In this document: positions 1-11,149 of the stretch, piece after piece
Numbering within the stretch: position 1 is the first letter of the stretch
Layout: each line of letters opens with the position of its first letter
Assembly: GCF_001194135.2 (NCBI RefSeq)
Contig: NC_068983.1
Span: 162,055,744 to 162,110,461, forward strand
Direction: 5' to 3'
Origin: Octopus bimaculoides
Lineage: Eukaryota
Length of the DNA: 54,718 nucleotides
Program-made: the position numbers and the translations under genes
The notes under the pieces: model-generated
What the model was told of the DNA's origin: nothing
What the model saw: the letters and a program-made list of their open reading frames with translations, nothing else
The model's database searches: none

Positions 1-22
1 ATATATATATATATATATATAT

Positions 23-186
23 ATACGACAGGTTTCTTTCAGTTTCCGTCTATTAAATCCACTCACAAGGCTTTGGTTGGCCAAAGACTATAGCAGAAAA
101 CACTTGCCCAAGGTGCCACGCATTGAAACTGAACCCGGAACCATGTGGTTGGAAAGCAAGCTTCTTACCACACAGCCATACCTGCG
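23..186 (-). mobile_element. tRNA-derived SINE family A, 5' head (CORE-like)
   Basis: Minus strand reads GGCTGTGTGGTAAGAAGCTTGC..GGTTCCGGGTTCAG (pol III box A/B-like), then GGCACCTTGGGCAAGTG (CORE-SINE-like motif), ending GAAACCTGTCGTAT into (TA)n. Many other copies in the window. Confidence 0.85.
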
Positions 187-200
187 TGTATATATATACA

Positions 201-236
<36 letters not shown>

Positions 237-335
237 TACATACATATATATATATACATACATATATATATACATATATATACATACACACACATATATA
301 CATACATGCATACATGCATACGTACATTCATACAT

Positions 336-901
336 AAGAACTCCCAATATGGTAGAAGCCATAGCCACTCATAATAAAAAGGAATACTGGTGGAATGTCC
401 CAGTGAGGACCTCAATAAAATGCAAGCACAACAGACCTGATATAATGATTTGGGATAGAGAAGAGAAACTGTGCACAGTTGTGGAAACCAATGAAAAAGA
501 GAACACCTATGCTGAACTATTGAGAAATCTGCAGTTACTATATCCAGATTACAAGTTCAGGTTTATACGTGTAATTATTGGGGCCCTGGGATATGTAGCA
601 CACTGCCTAAATACCAATCTTGAGAAATTGGACTTCTCAAAACCATAAAGGAGAGGAATTTCAACCATGTTTCGTGGTCTGCTACCACAACAGCTCCTTT
701 ATAGGATCCAGTTAGCTCAAGACATCATCATGTCTTGAGCTAACTGGATCCTATAATTCGAAAACTACAGATCCAATCCATCACAGGAACTGTAAAAATC
801 TGTAAAACTTTCCAGAGGTTTACCATTTAAATATATATGAGCATGTCTAGATATGTAACCATATGCATGAGAATATATACATAACACATACAAATCTGCA
901 G
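336..901 (+). mobile_element. 3' fragment of an RLE-type non-LTR retrotransposon (R4/Dong/NeSL-like endonuclease domain)
   Basis: Translation [59 protein letters not shown] is a PD-(D/E)xK RLE motif. After an insertion it resumes RKLQIQSITGTVKICKTFQRFTI* (about 759-830). (ATAC)n on both sides. Confidence 0.8.
699..756. repeat. Perfect palindrome, 27-bp stem and 4-nt loop
   Basis: TTATAGGATCCAGTTAGCTCAAGACAT-CATC-ATGTCTTGAGCTAACTGGATCCTATAA. Confidence 0.95.
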
Positions 902-1043
902 ATACATACATACATACATAATACATACATACATATATGCATACATACATACATAGTTGCATACATACATGCATATCTATCAATCTATCTATCAATCTAT
1001 CTATCTATCTATCTATCTATCTATTTATCTATCTATACACACA

Positions 1044-1181
1044 CAGCTTTTAGTTTTTGTCTACCAAATCCACTGACAAGGTATTGGTCGGCCCCAGACT
1101 ATAGTAAAAGTCACACAAAGTGCCACGCAGTAGGACTGAACCCGGAACCATGTGACTGGGAAGCAAGCTTCTTACCACACA
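1044..1181 (-). mobile_element. SINE family A head, diverged
   Basis: Aligns by eye to 23-186 (ctaccaaatccact..gtgccacgcagtaggactgaacccggaaccatgtg..aagcaagcttcttaccacac). Confidence 0.8.
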
Positions 1182-1257
1182 AAATCTGTGTATGTACGTG
1201 TGTATGTGTGTGTTTATATATATTATATATGTATCTATCTAGTGCAAGTAAAATTCC

Positions 1258-1295
<38 letters not shown>

Positions 1296-1334
1296 NNNNN
1301 NNNNNNNNNNNNNNNNNNNNNNNNNNNNNNNNNN

Positions 1335-1371
<37 letters not shown>

Positions 1372-1830
1372 GATTTTACGAGAAATCTTTTAATATTTTC
1401 CACCTGTTTACGTGAGCGCTGCATTTGGAGTGGGGTCGGGCTTAACGGTCCTGCTTTTGGGATTCAATAGAAAATGTCCTTTTATGGTCTTTGCGCCTGA
1501 CGAACGCTTGCCGCGTTTCTCGAGTGTCTCTCGTCTGCTATCTACTTTCATATTGAGGTTTTAGTTTTACATCTTCCATTACACTATTACGCGCGTGTGT
1601 GTGTACGTGTATGTATATATGTATACGTTATATGTAAGTGTGTGTATGTCTAAGTACATATTGTACGTATGTGTGTTTATAAATATGTTATATACGTATG
1701 CGTTTATATGTTACATGTCTGTGTATGTGTAGGTGTATGCTGTTCGTTTGCGGATGTGTATGTATATGTTACATGGATGTGTGTGCGTAAATATATAAGT
1801 ATCTGTGTGTATAAATCTAACTTATATGTG

Positions 1831-1994
1831 GCCGTAAACGTGGCTGAGTGGTTAAGAAGTTCGCTTCGAAACCATAAAGTGCTGGATCGATCCCACAGCG
1901 TGGCATCTTAGGCAAGTTTTGTTATTGTTACTTCGCTTCGATTCAAGCATTGTGACTCAAGTTGTATAAACGAAAACTGTATAGAAGCCTGTTG
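1831..1994 (+). mobile_element. Old SINE family A-like head
   Basis: GTGGCTGAGTGGTTAAGAAGTTCGCTT..GATCCCACAGCGTGGCATCTTAGGCAAG..GAAAACTGTATAGAAGCCTG. Confidence 0.6.
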
Positions 1995-2653
1995 AATGGA
2001 TCGAACCTGAACTTCAAAGGTTTAGTTACATCGATTCGGTCTGAGAGTGGCGTGAAGGGTTCACCTGTCTGCGGAGGACTCAGCCACTTGCAAGAGTCGG
2101 GGCATATAATAGATCAAACAATTGAATCTACTTTGCAGAAACCGACGGAGGACCCAGTACAAGCATATCTGTGTACATGTCCTGTGGTCTATAGCATTGC
2201 CGAGTAATTAAGTTTGTTCTGAAATCATGCTGCCGCAAGATCGATCCCGCGCGGTGACATCGTGGGCCGTAAAATAACCCCGTGACGAACCAAGTAAAAT
2301 GGACCAGACGGGAAGAAACTGCATGGAAGCCCGTCAAATGTGATGTAGCCGTAATTTAAAGGTCTTCTTTTGTTAGATATTGAGTCATGTTGGTTCAGTC
2401 TGAGAATTGCTGTGAGGTTACGTATGACTGAGGTATACCCAACCATCTATATACTTTTTAATGAAAAGCAAGATCAATTGTTGGAACAACTGAAATAACT
2501 CATCGTCGAAACCAACGGAGATCCATTTACTTATAACTTCTATATCTTTTTTGCTGCTCCCTGCTGACCATGACATCCGACATTGCTAGACGTACAACAT
2601 GCATAATATATAAAGGTTCATGTGTGTGTTTTATTTCTGAGCGTGTCTTTGTT

Positions 2654-2714
<61 letters not shown>

Positions 2715-2957
2715 NNNNNNNNNNNNNNNNNNNNNNNNNNNNNNNNNNNNNNNNNNNNNNNNNNNNNNNNNNNNNNNNNNNNNNNNNNNNNNNNNNNNNN
2801 NNNNNNNNNNNNNNNNNNNNNNNNNNNNNNNNNNNNNNNNNNNNNNNNNNNNNNNNNNNNNNNNNNNNNNNNNNNNNNNNNNNNNNNNNNNNNNNNNNNN
2901 NNNNNNNNNNNNNNNNNNNNNNNNNNNNNNNNNNNNNNNNNNNNNNNNNNNNNNNNN

Positions 2958-3135
2958 AGGTCGCGGTCTCAAAGCGACGAAAATATTTTGACAAATTAAA
3001 TTTAAATGTTGAAGTGAATCTAACGGATTTTGTGTGTTATTTTAAATGGCTTATAAACACCTTCCACGCTGCAATTGTTTTCGTTCCAGCACACGATCTC
3101 AGATCAGGTCACTTGCTATGCAAGTGCATCTCCGT
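2958..3135. mobile_element. Unclassified short interspersed repeat with terminal hairpin
   Basis: Non-microsatellite block between a gap and TA-rich sequence; hairpin CACTTGC-TAT-GCAAGTG at 3110-3126 near its end. Confidence 0.3.
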
Positions 3136-3152
3136 AATATATACATATACAT

Positions 3153-3293
3153 ATATGCTTTATTAAAAAGCAGCAAAAAAAAAAATCACAGAAACTGTTA
3201 CTCGGAGTTTCAGCTTCCCGTTCGTCGGACGGGAACGGGAAGCTGTGAGTAACAGTTTCTGTGATATTTTTGCTGCTTTTTAATAAAGCATAT
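3153..3293. repeat. Foldback (palindromic MITE-like) element, about 140 bp
   Basis: Arms ATATGCTTTATTAAAAAGCAGCAAAAA..TCACAGAAACTGTTACTC / GAGTAACAGTTTCTGTGATATTTTTGCTGCTTTTTAATAAAGCATAT, plus inner stem CAGCTTCCCGTTC / GAACGGGAAGCTG. Confidence 0.85.
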
Positions 3294-3356
3294 TACTCTA
3301 CCTCTGGTATTTGAGTACTATATTTTCCACCTTGTTTCGTATTACTCTTGTAATAT

Positions 3357-3429
<73 letters not shown>

Positions 3430-4039
3430 CAGAGACAGACTGACAGACAGCTATGTACATAGACATACAAATCTTTACATACAGACTTACACATATCCAT
3501 GTATATTGACTTATATATAGCCCTATATACAGAGTTGTACTTAGCTACAGACGTCCCGTAAACATCAATTAGTTTCCTTTCTTCATAGGATAATTGGATA
3601 AAACAATGATAGCCACCCCCTCAGCATCACTGAACACTCCCCGAAGACATTGCTTAGAAAACCTGTTGCTTTTCTTTTTGCTGTAGTTTGTTGTCATTTT
3701 ATGAACTTTTTCTTATCATGTCAAAACCAGTTTCACTATCTTTCCAGTGACTCTACCCGGCTCAGCAATGTGTTTGCCTGTTCTTTTAATCAGAGATACC
3801 CCAAATAACTGAACAGATTAACCATGCCACCCGTTTTCTATGTCGTTTCTCTTCACAATTCTCTCATATTTCGCTTCAGTTTCAATTTATATTTTTGCTT
3901 TTGTTTCAGACGTTCTTTTTTACGGTTCGTTATCAGAGCGCTCCTGGCGTACGCACACGTGTATGGAGGCTCTATTCATACACGCTTGTAAACACATATA
4001 CACGCCTATCTGCGAGTGTGTAGTTTGCCAGTGCGTATT

Positions 4040-4096
<57 letters not shown>

Positions 4097-4097
<1 letters not shown>

Positions 4098-4760
4098 CTT
4101 CCGCTGTCCGTCGTTGGTCGACATATTCTGTTCATATTCAGTAATCATCTCTTGCAGGCTCGCATGTTGACGAGAAGGCCTGCTCTTGATCTGCAGCAGC
4201 AATGACATATGCGGCAGGTGAAGCTACTTGGTGCAACGGAGAAGTGATGCCGCTTATGTACTCTTTCGTATTCTCTCAATGGTTGGAATTGCGAGTTTTA
4301 GCATTTGATACCATTCATCGCGACGCAGGGCCTTCTTCTCCAGGGTGTTTGAGGAGATGTCGGAGTTCTTCATATGACTCTCCAGCACATCCTTGTATAG
4401 CAACCACTGGACGCCACGGCTCCGCCTACCATGACGCAATTCCGCGTAGAAAACTGCCTCTAGGAACCTGCCGCCTTCTACTCTGCAAACATATCCTGCC
4501 CAACGGAGCTGCGATGAGATAATTCATGGCCTTAACACTAAGTGCACCAGGGCGGCGCAGGACCTGCACATTAGGAATGCGATGCCGCCGTCTGATATGC
4601 AAGATGGCGCGAAGATAACGAAGTTGGACTCGCATCAGGATCTTGGATGCAGTGGAGAGCCGTGCATTTCGTGACAAGGGAGCATTGCGGCACTGTACGC
4701 CTTAATCTTCATGTTATGGGCAATGTCATTGTAGCTCCATAGACACTTTCTGTAACGGTT
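4097..4760 (-). mobile_element. RTE-clade LINE, 3' fragment (degenerate)
   Basis: Frameshifted LRYLRAILHIRRRHRIPNVQVLRR..; LYKDVLESHMKNSDISSNTLEKKALRRDEW; C-terminal CRICHCCCRSRAGLLVNMRACKR*. 3' stem-loop GTCG-ACCAA-CGAC-GGA. Confidence 0.85.
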
Positions 4761-4789
4761 GCATATTTTTTCATATGCTTTTGTTTACA

Positions 4790-5484
4790 CCTCCTCTTTT
4801 TCAGGTCGTTCAGCTATGCGCAGTGAGGAACGAACGATGACCACCGAACAACGAATAAGCCTGAAAATTTTGGTCCGGTTGGGGAAAACGTCGTCAGAAG
4901 CACTTGAAAAGCTTCAGCAAATGTACGTCGCGCACACGTATTTTTGAGCGGCACAAGAGGTTCAACGAAGGGCGCAAGGAGGTGGAAGATGACCCCAGGA
5001 GTGGGAGGCCTTTAACAAGCAGAACTGAAGTCAACGTCGAGCGGTCAATCAGCAAGTCTACAAAGAGATCCTACGGCGTTTACTTCGCTCAGTGCGCGAG
5101 AAGAGACGTGAGTTGTGGCAGGACAAATCGTGGCTGCTTCACCACGACGATGCACCTGCTCAGAACAGCCTGAGCATCCGGCAGAACAAGCTCCATATTC
5201 ATCTGATCTTGCTCCGTGTGACTTTTTCTTTTCCCCAAGCTCAAGGAGATCACCAAGGGGATCCGTTTCGAAGGTGTAGAGGTCCGCATCAAGAGGGCCA
5301 CAACGACGAAGTTGAGGCGCATCCCAGGCGAGTCCTTTTAATAATGCACAGGAACGTGGCAAACAAGGCTGGAAAAGTGCATTGGACTCGAGGAAGACTA
5401 CTTTGAAGGGGAAACCGTGAAGATTGCTGTATGAAATTGAAATTAAGTGTTTGTGACACCAGTCCAATTATTTTTCAGACAGAC

Positions 5485-5490
<6 letters not shown>
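4790..5490 (+). mobile_element. Mariner transposon, internally deleted, right TIR present
   Basis: EQRISLKILVRLGKT..RFNEGRKEVEDDPRSGRP..WLLHHDDAPA..PYSSDLAPCDFFFFPKLK..RLEKCIGLEEDYFEG. Right end reverse-complements to TACGAGGTCTGTCTGAAAA, ending at TA. Confidence 0.9.
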
Positions 5491-5524
<34 letters not shown>

Positions 5525-5603
5525 NNNNNNNNNNNNNNNNNNNNNNNNNNNNNNNNNNNNNNNNNNNNNNNNNNNNNNNNNNNNNNNNNNNNNNNNACAG
5601 ACA

Positions 5604-5645
<42 letters not shown>

Positions 5646-5647
<2 letters not shown>

Positions 5648-5987
5648 CAAGGTGCGATGGGTAAATTGTCGCCATTTTATAATTTTGAATTTCGCGCATG
5701 TGCATTGTTTGTTTTTGATTTTATCGACCACACAGTATATAGTAGGGTCAGTTGGACACCGTCTATGAGAAAAACAGCACCATGGCACGATTCACTCTGC
5801 CAGATATTTGGAAACGACACGCTGTACTGCTTGGCATTCGCGCCGGAAGCTCTAATACAAGCATTTCAGAGTGTTTGGGTGTCAATCTGAGGACGGTGCA
5901 ATCTGAGGTTATGTTCTGAGAGTGATAAAAATTAAACATCCAGTCAACCTCATGGTGTTTCGTGTGATCACTAGTGATGGTGATGCA
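5646..5987 (+). mobile_element. Tc1/mariner-superfamily (maT/DD37D-like) deletion derivative, left end
   Basis: Starts TACAAGGTGCGATGGG. MARFTLPDIWKRHAVLLGIRAGSSNTSISECLGVNLRTVQ (HTH-like) is joined to KIKHPVNLMVFRVITSDGDA, which resembles the KHPASVMVFGVISSDG transposase motif. Confidence 0.6.
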
Positions 5988-6022
5988 ACTTACAATTTTG
6001 GAAGTGGATAATATTTTACTGC

Positions 6023-6219
6023 TACAAGGGGTGCTGAGAAGTTCCTGACCTTAAAGGTGTCGCGAAAGGCCTTGTTGGGGATCCAACGTTCCTAGTTCTT
6101 TTACAGGGCTTCGAAAAACCTGAAGAGTCGCTGCAATACGTGTGTGAATTTGAGGAGGGAATATTGTGAATAAAATCATAATTAACTGATCCTTTTGTAT
6201 TTTCTTTAAATCAAAACCA
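6023..6219 (+). mobile_element. Mariner-derived MITE (right TIR truncated)
   Basis: Starts TACAAGGGGTGCTGAGAAGTTCC; contains a degenerate transposase C-terminus (CNTCVNLRREYCE*). Confidence 0.6.
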
Positions 6220-6240
6220 TAGATAGATAGATAGATAGAC

Positions 6241-6312
6241 AGGGAGGAAGGGGGCCAGTCGTCTGGTACTTAGTTTATCGACCCCGAAAGGATGAAAGGC
6301 AAAGTCGACCTC
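6241..6312 (-). mobile_element. SINE family B core fragment
   Basis: Reverse complement GAGGTCGACTTTGCCTTTCATCCTTTCGGGGTCGATAAACTAAGTACCAG. Confidence 0.8.
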
Positions 6313-7084
6313 ATAAAGTGGTGCGACTTTACCGCGCTTTTCAACTTCCTTTTATAACTTGTGATTATTTTAAATAGCGTGGCGTGGTTATTAGCAGCAT
6401 AATGTCTGAAATATAGCGATTTTAAGGCCGAAATGTTGCTGCCTTTTGTTAAGTGAGGAATGTGTACATGCGAATGGCCATAAAACTTTGGTTAAACGGT
6501 ATTATAATTGAATACTTTGTTTGGGGTTGTTGTTTTTTTAATTCCGCATAATTATTGACATTTTTTTATAATTGCCAATGACATCGCTTAAAAACTTCGA
6601 AGAAATGAAAATAACTATTAAAAAGTGTGAAACAACACCTGAACATAAACAGGTAGAACAATGTAAAAGTAAAAAGATATCTAAGATATTTGAAATAGTG
6701 TGAGGTGGAGAAACAATGGTCGTGTGAGTGTATGGCATAATGTAGACTCTTTTGTTTCCCATGCTGGTTATATTGTGTGTGGCTCGAGAAAACGAGCCGA
6801 GAAGAACCGGATAGTTTCCTTGAAATACGTCGTCTTTTGTTTTAATAAGTAACTGAATACAATTTAGCTTCATTAATACCAAGTCACAATTCTCAGGTTT
6901 TACTCACGGCACTGCGCATATAATACACAGACGTACACATACGTACATGTATACATACATACATACATACATGCATACAGGCATACATGTGTGCTTACAT
7001 ACTAACATGCATACATACAGATATACATGCACATGTACAGACAGACAGGTAGACATACATATAGTCATGTGTGAGAGTGTGTGT

Positions 7085-7117
<33 letters not shown>

Positions 7118-7257
7118 NNNNNNNNNNGTGTGTGTGTGTGTGTGTGTGCAAATGTGTGTGTGTGTGTGTGTGCAAATGGGTGTTCTATAGGAATTAATAA
7201 ACAGATTCACGCGCAGAATTCCCCCACACTCACATATATAGATACATACGCTCTCTT

Positions 7258-7282
<25 letters not shown>

Positions 7283-7289
<7 letters not shown>

Positions 7290-7319
7290 ATATATAGACA
7301 GACAGACAGACAGACAGAC

Positions 7320-7376
<57 letters not shown>
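7283..7376. repeat. (GACA)n(GATA)n microsatellite
   Basis: Direct reading. Confidence 0.95.
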
Positions 7377-7681
7377 TAAACATATAGATATATACAAAGG
7401 TACTAGATAATATTAGATTGTTCCTCGCTTTGGTATGAAGGCTATTTTGTCTCGCTCCTCCAGTTCAAACTTTTAGTGCCATTGTGGCTAAGCGAGTCTC
7501 TGGTGCTGTCTAGTTCCCTTGTTTATAAGTTTGCCTTTTGGCTTTTTTTTTTTGCTAACTAGCCACCTATATTATTTCTATTTATTAATAATATCATTAT
7601 TTATAAGATATATATTTTTTATAGATAGATAGATACATAGATAGATAGATAGATATCTGTCTGTCTGTCTGTCTGTCTGTC

Positions 7682-7739
<58 letters not shown>

Positions 7740-7762
7740 TCTGTGTCTGTCTGTCTGTCTGT

Positions 7763-7967
7763 CTTCGCCATGATAGATCGCTGACCATTACACACATATT
7801 TTTTTCTCTCTTTGTTTCTCTCCTTGTTTTTTTCTGTATTCCTTTCTGTTGAAGAGCGCAGGCACGAAATGTTAAAAACTTTCTCTATTCCCGAGCGTAA
7901 TACTAATACATCCATTTGTTGTTTACACCACCTGTCTTCGTCTGTTGTTTTTTCGTGAATTCTCCCA
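7763..7967 (+). mobile_element. Penelope-like pseudo-LTR remnant with degenerate hammerhead-like motif (7841-7879)
   Basis: Pyrimidine-rich block inside GATA/TCTG repeats. CCTTT-CTGTTGA-A-GAGC-GCAG-GCAC-GAAA-TGT-T-AAAA resembles CUGANGA/stem II/GAAA. Confidence 0.45.
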
Positions 7968-8110
7968 TAGGTAGATAGATAGATAGATAGATATCTGTCA
8001 GTCTGTCTATGTGTCTGCCTGCCTGCCTATCTGTCTGTCTGTCTGTCTATCTATCTCTATCTATCTATCTATATGTCTATCTGTCTGTCTAGCTCAATAG
8101 ACAGACAGAT

Positions 8111-8289
8111 AGGGAGGAGGCCAGTCGATTAGATCGACTCCAGTACGCAACTGGTACTTGATTTATAGACCCCGAAAGGATGAAAGGCAAAGTCGACCTC
8201 TACGGAATTTGAACTCAGAACGTGAAGACAGACGAAATACCGCAAGACGTTTCGCCCGGCGTGCTAACGCTTCGGCCAGCTCGCCACCG
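8111..8289 (-). mobile_element. SINE family B
   Basis: Reverse complement GGTGGCGAGCTGGCCGAAGCGTTAGCACGCCGGGCGAAA..GAGTTCAAATTCC..GGTCGACTTTGCCTTTCATCCTTTCGGGGTC. Confidence 0.9.
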
Positions 8290-8367
8290 TTCAACGAAGT
8301 GTTTATTTCTGTGACGAATAGAATTGCAAGTAAACTGCAGCAGTTCAAATGTCAGGCCATACAGCCA

Positions 8368-8681
8368 TACAATAGCACACACAATGGATGGGGTGAACGG
8401 CGTGGGTCGCGTGTGGCAAGGCTGTTGACAACTGCAAACAAGATTTGGGGTCTGAAAGAAGGGTCAGAAAAAAAGAAAAAAAAAACATTTTCTACATCTG
8501 TAAAGAGGGAAGGTCATAATGGACTTGAGCTAATTAAGAAGACCCTACTACCACCACCTCCACCAGTACCAGCACCAACAGCAGCAGCAGCAGCAGCAAC
8601 AACAACATCACCATCGACAGGAAGTGCGCCAAGTGTGTCATGTGAACAGAATGCCTGTTCTAGTGTCGCCATGATGATGGC

Positions 8682-8727
<46 letters not shown>

Positions 8728-8876
8728 AAACCTGCTGACCCTGGAATGTGTTCCACAGTCCAGCATTTGTCTTGACATTCTCAATGTAAATCAAAATGTT
8801 GTGTGCAGTTGTCAACAACAGCCTTGCCACCCGCGACCTACACTCTTCACTCCGTCTATTTGTCTGCGCTATGCCC
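8368..8876. repeat. Imperfect inverted repeat (about 80-bp arms, 8368-8447 and 8792-8876) enclosing trinucleotide tracts
   Basis: GGTCGCGTGTGGCAAGGCTGTTG---ACAACTGCAAACAAGATTTG versus reverse complement GGTCGCGGGTGGCAAGGCTGTTGTTGACAACTGCACACAACATTTTG. The spacer holds (CCA)n, (GCA)n, (ACA)n and (ATG)n. Confidence 0.75.
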
Positions 8877-8975
8877 TGACATCTCAACCCTCGGCAATTC
8901 ACTCGCCATTGCCAAGTCTCTAATTCTGTTGTTGTTGTTACTGTTGTTGTTGCTGTTGTTGTTGTTGTTGCTGCT

Positions 8976-9351
8976 TGTTTCTCTCAAAGATGTCTTGTAT
9001 GAAATACAGGCAAGACCAAGCTTCCAGCGAATTCCCTTTGCCCTTTGCCTTCTTTTGCTTTATACGTGCATTTTTTGTATTCGTCTTATATCCATATAAT
9101 GTCCTTTGAGTTTTATTTAGGTTCTTCAGAAATCTCAAGACGGTGGTCGCTGACGAAGCGACAAGACTCTTTGGGTTAAGAAAATTCCCGTTGTTTGTAA
9201 ATGTGTGGCTGAGTTACAGGGCTGGTTGAGCTGTCGATGCACACAACCAAGTGTCTGCATCTGTTCACCTAAAGAATCTCAGATAGAGAATCTTTAGAAT
9301 GTCTTACAGATCTTTGCTGTGCCACTAATAGATTGGATTTGAAGAATCTGG
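8976..9351 (-). mobile_element. Extreme 3' end of a second RLE non-LTR retrotransposon copy
   Basis: 9351-9279 translates HQILQIQSISGTAKICKTF*RFSI*, matching RKLQIQSITGTVKICKTFQRFTI* at 759-830. 5' side truncated at (CA)n. The downstream extent (putative 3' UTR to the (CAA)n tract) is inferred. Confidence 0.7.
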
Positions 9352-9360
9352 TGTGTGTGT

Positions 9361-9433
<73 letters not shown>

Positions 9434-10569
9434 NNNNNNNNNNNNNNNNNNNNNNNNNNNNNNNNNNNNNNNNNNNNNNNNNNNNNNNNNNNNNNNNNNN
9501 NNNNNNNNNNNNNNNNNNNNNNNNNNNNNNNNNNNNNNNNNNNNNNNNNNNNNNNNNNNNNNNNNNNNNNNNNNNNNNNNNNNNNNNNNNNNNNNNNNNN
9601 NNNNNNNNNNNNNNNNNNNNNNNNNNNNNNNNNNNNNNNNNNNNNNNNNNNNNNNNNNNNNNNNNNNNNNNNNNNNNNNNNNNNNNNNNNNNNNNNNNNN
9701 NNNNNNNNNNNNNNNNNNNNNNNNNNNNNNNNNNNNNNNNNNNNNNNNNNNNNNNNNNNNNNNNNNNNNNNNNNNNNNNNNNNNNNNNNNNNNNNNNNNN
9801 NNNNNNNNNNNNNNNNNNNNNNNNNNNNNNNNNNNNNNNNNNNNNNNNNNNNNNNNNNNNNNNNNNNNNNNNNNNNNNNNNNNNNNNNNNNNNNNNNNNN
9901 NNNNNNNNNNNNNNNNNNNNNNNNNNNNNNNNNNNNNNNNNNNNNNNNNNNNNNNNNNNNNNNNNATAAATATATATAATATACATATGCATATATATAT
10001 ATATATATGCACACACACATACACACACACACACACACACATATATGTATATCTCTATATATATATGTATGCATACATATATATATATATGCATACATAT
10101 ATATATATGTATACATATTTATATATATATGTGTGTGTGTGTCTGTATGTGTATATATATATATATATATATGCATACATACATATATATAGAGAGAGAT
10201 ATGCATATATATATATGTATATATATGAGGGTACATACATAGCATACATACACACATATGTACACACGTATGAGCACACAACATACTCACACACACACAC
10301 ATGTGATGTATATGTAAATGTGCGTTTATGTTTGCATATATAGAGGGAGAGAGAGAGACAGAGAGAGAGGAAAGAGAGAAAGAGGGAGAAGAGAGAGAGT
10401 AGGGTTTTTGGCGGCATATTAGTTTCTTTCGTGATAAAAGCCAAAGTCATATTAATAAAGGTCACGTGCTCCACTATTATGATCTCGTATTATCAGCCAG
10501 GGAGTTTCCTGAATGGCTTCGCAAAGGCAAATGTTTATAATTTCATCACTCTTGAATTACAACCTCATA

Positions 10570-11067
10570 CGCATGCGTACACGCGCGCATACACACACAC
10601 GAACAAACAAACGCGCACACACACACACACACACACATACGCGCGTGCGCACATAAACACGTACACACATTCACCAACACGTACGCTCATTCACACATCT
10701 ACGCTCTCACACACTCCCAATACTCACGCATGCGTAAGTGCAAGCACTCACGCGCATACATACGTACACACACGGACGCCCTCAAACACACAAATATACA
10801 ATACATACACAAACACAAACACACGCACGCTCGCACGCACACGCACGCACACACAAACACAGACGTACACACATTCACAAACACGCACCCACACACCTAC
10901 ACACACGCGCGCACACACATACACACACGCACATACACACACGTACACACATTCGCAAACACGCACTCACACACCTACATGCACTCACACACTCTCAATA
11001 CTCACGCATGCATAAGTGCAGGCGCATACAGAGGTACACCCACAAACGCAGTCAAACACACATATAT

Positions 11068-11148
<81 letters not shown>
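10570..11148. repeat. Degenerate (CA)n-derived higher-order repeat plus pure (CA)n
   Basis: CAATACTCACGCATGC(G/A)TAAGTGCA recurs near 10718 and 10997; ACGTACACACATTC(A/G)CAAACACGCAC recurs near 10863 and 10941. Confidence 0.8.

Positions 11149-11149
<1 letters not shown>

Noticed and set aside
1490-1545. Hammerhead-like arrangement on the minus strand (CAGACGA-GAG-ACA-CTC-GA-GAAA-CGC..GCG-TT)
   Set aside because: U4 mismatch, two extra bases before GAAA and no stem I; likely chance.
1962-2446. GC-richer stretch with several 70-80 aa ORFs
   Set aside because: No recognisable domain and no convincing splice sites.
8158-8775. 205-aa ORF with poly-P/A/T/M
   Set aside because: Begins inside SINE B and is kept open by trinucleotide repeats.
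9148-9165. CTGACGA within the hairpin GTCGCT-GACGA-AGCGAC
   Set aside because: No GAAA core; a simple stem-loop in the putative LINE 3' UTR.
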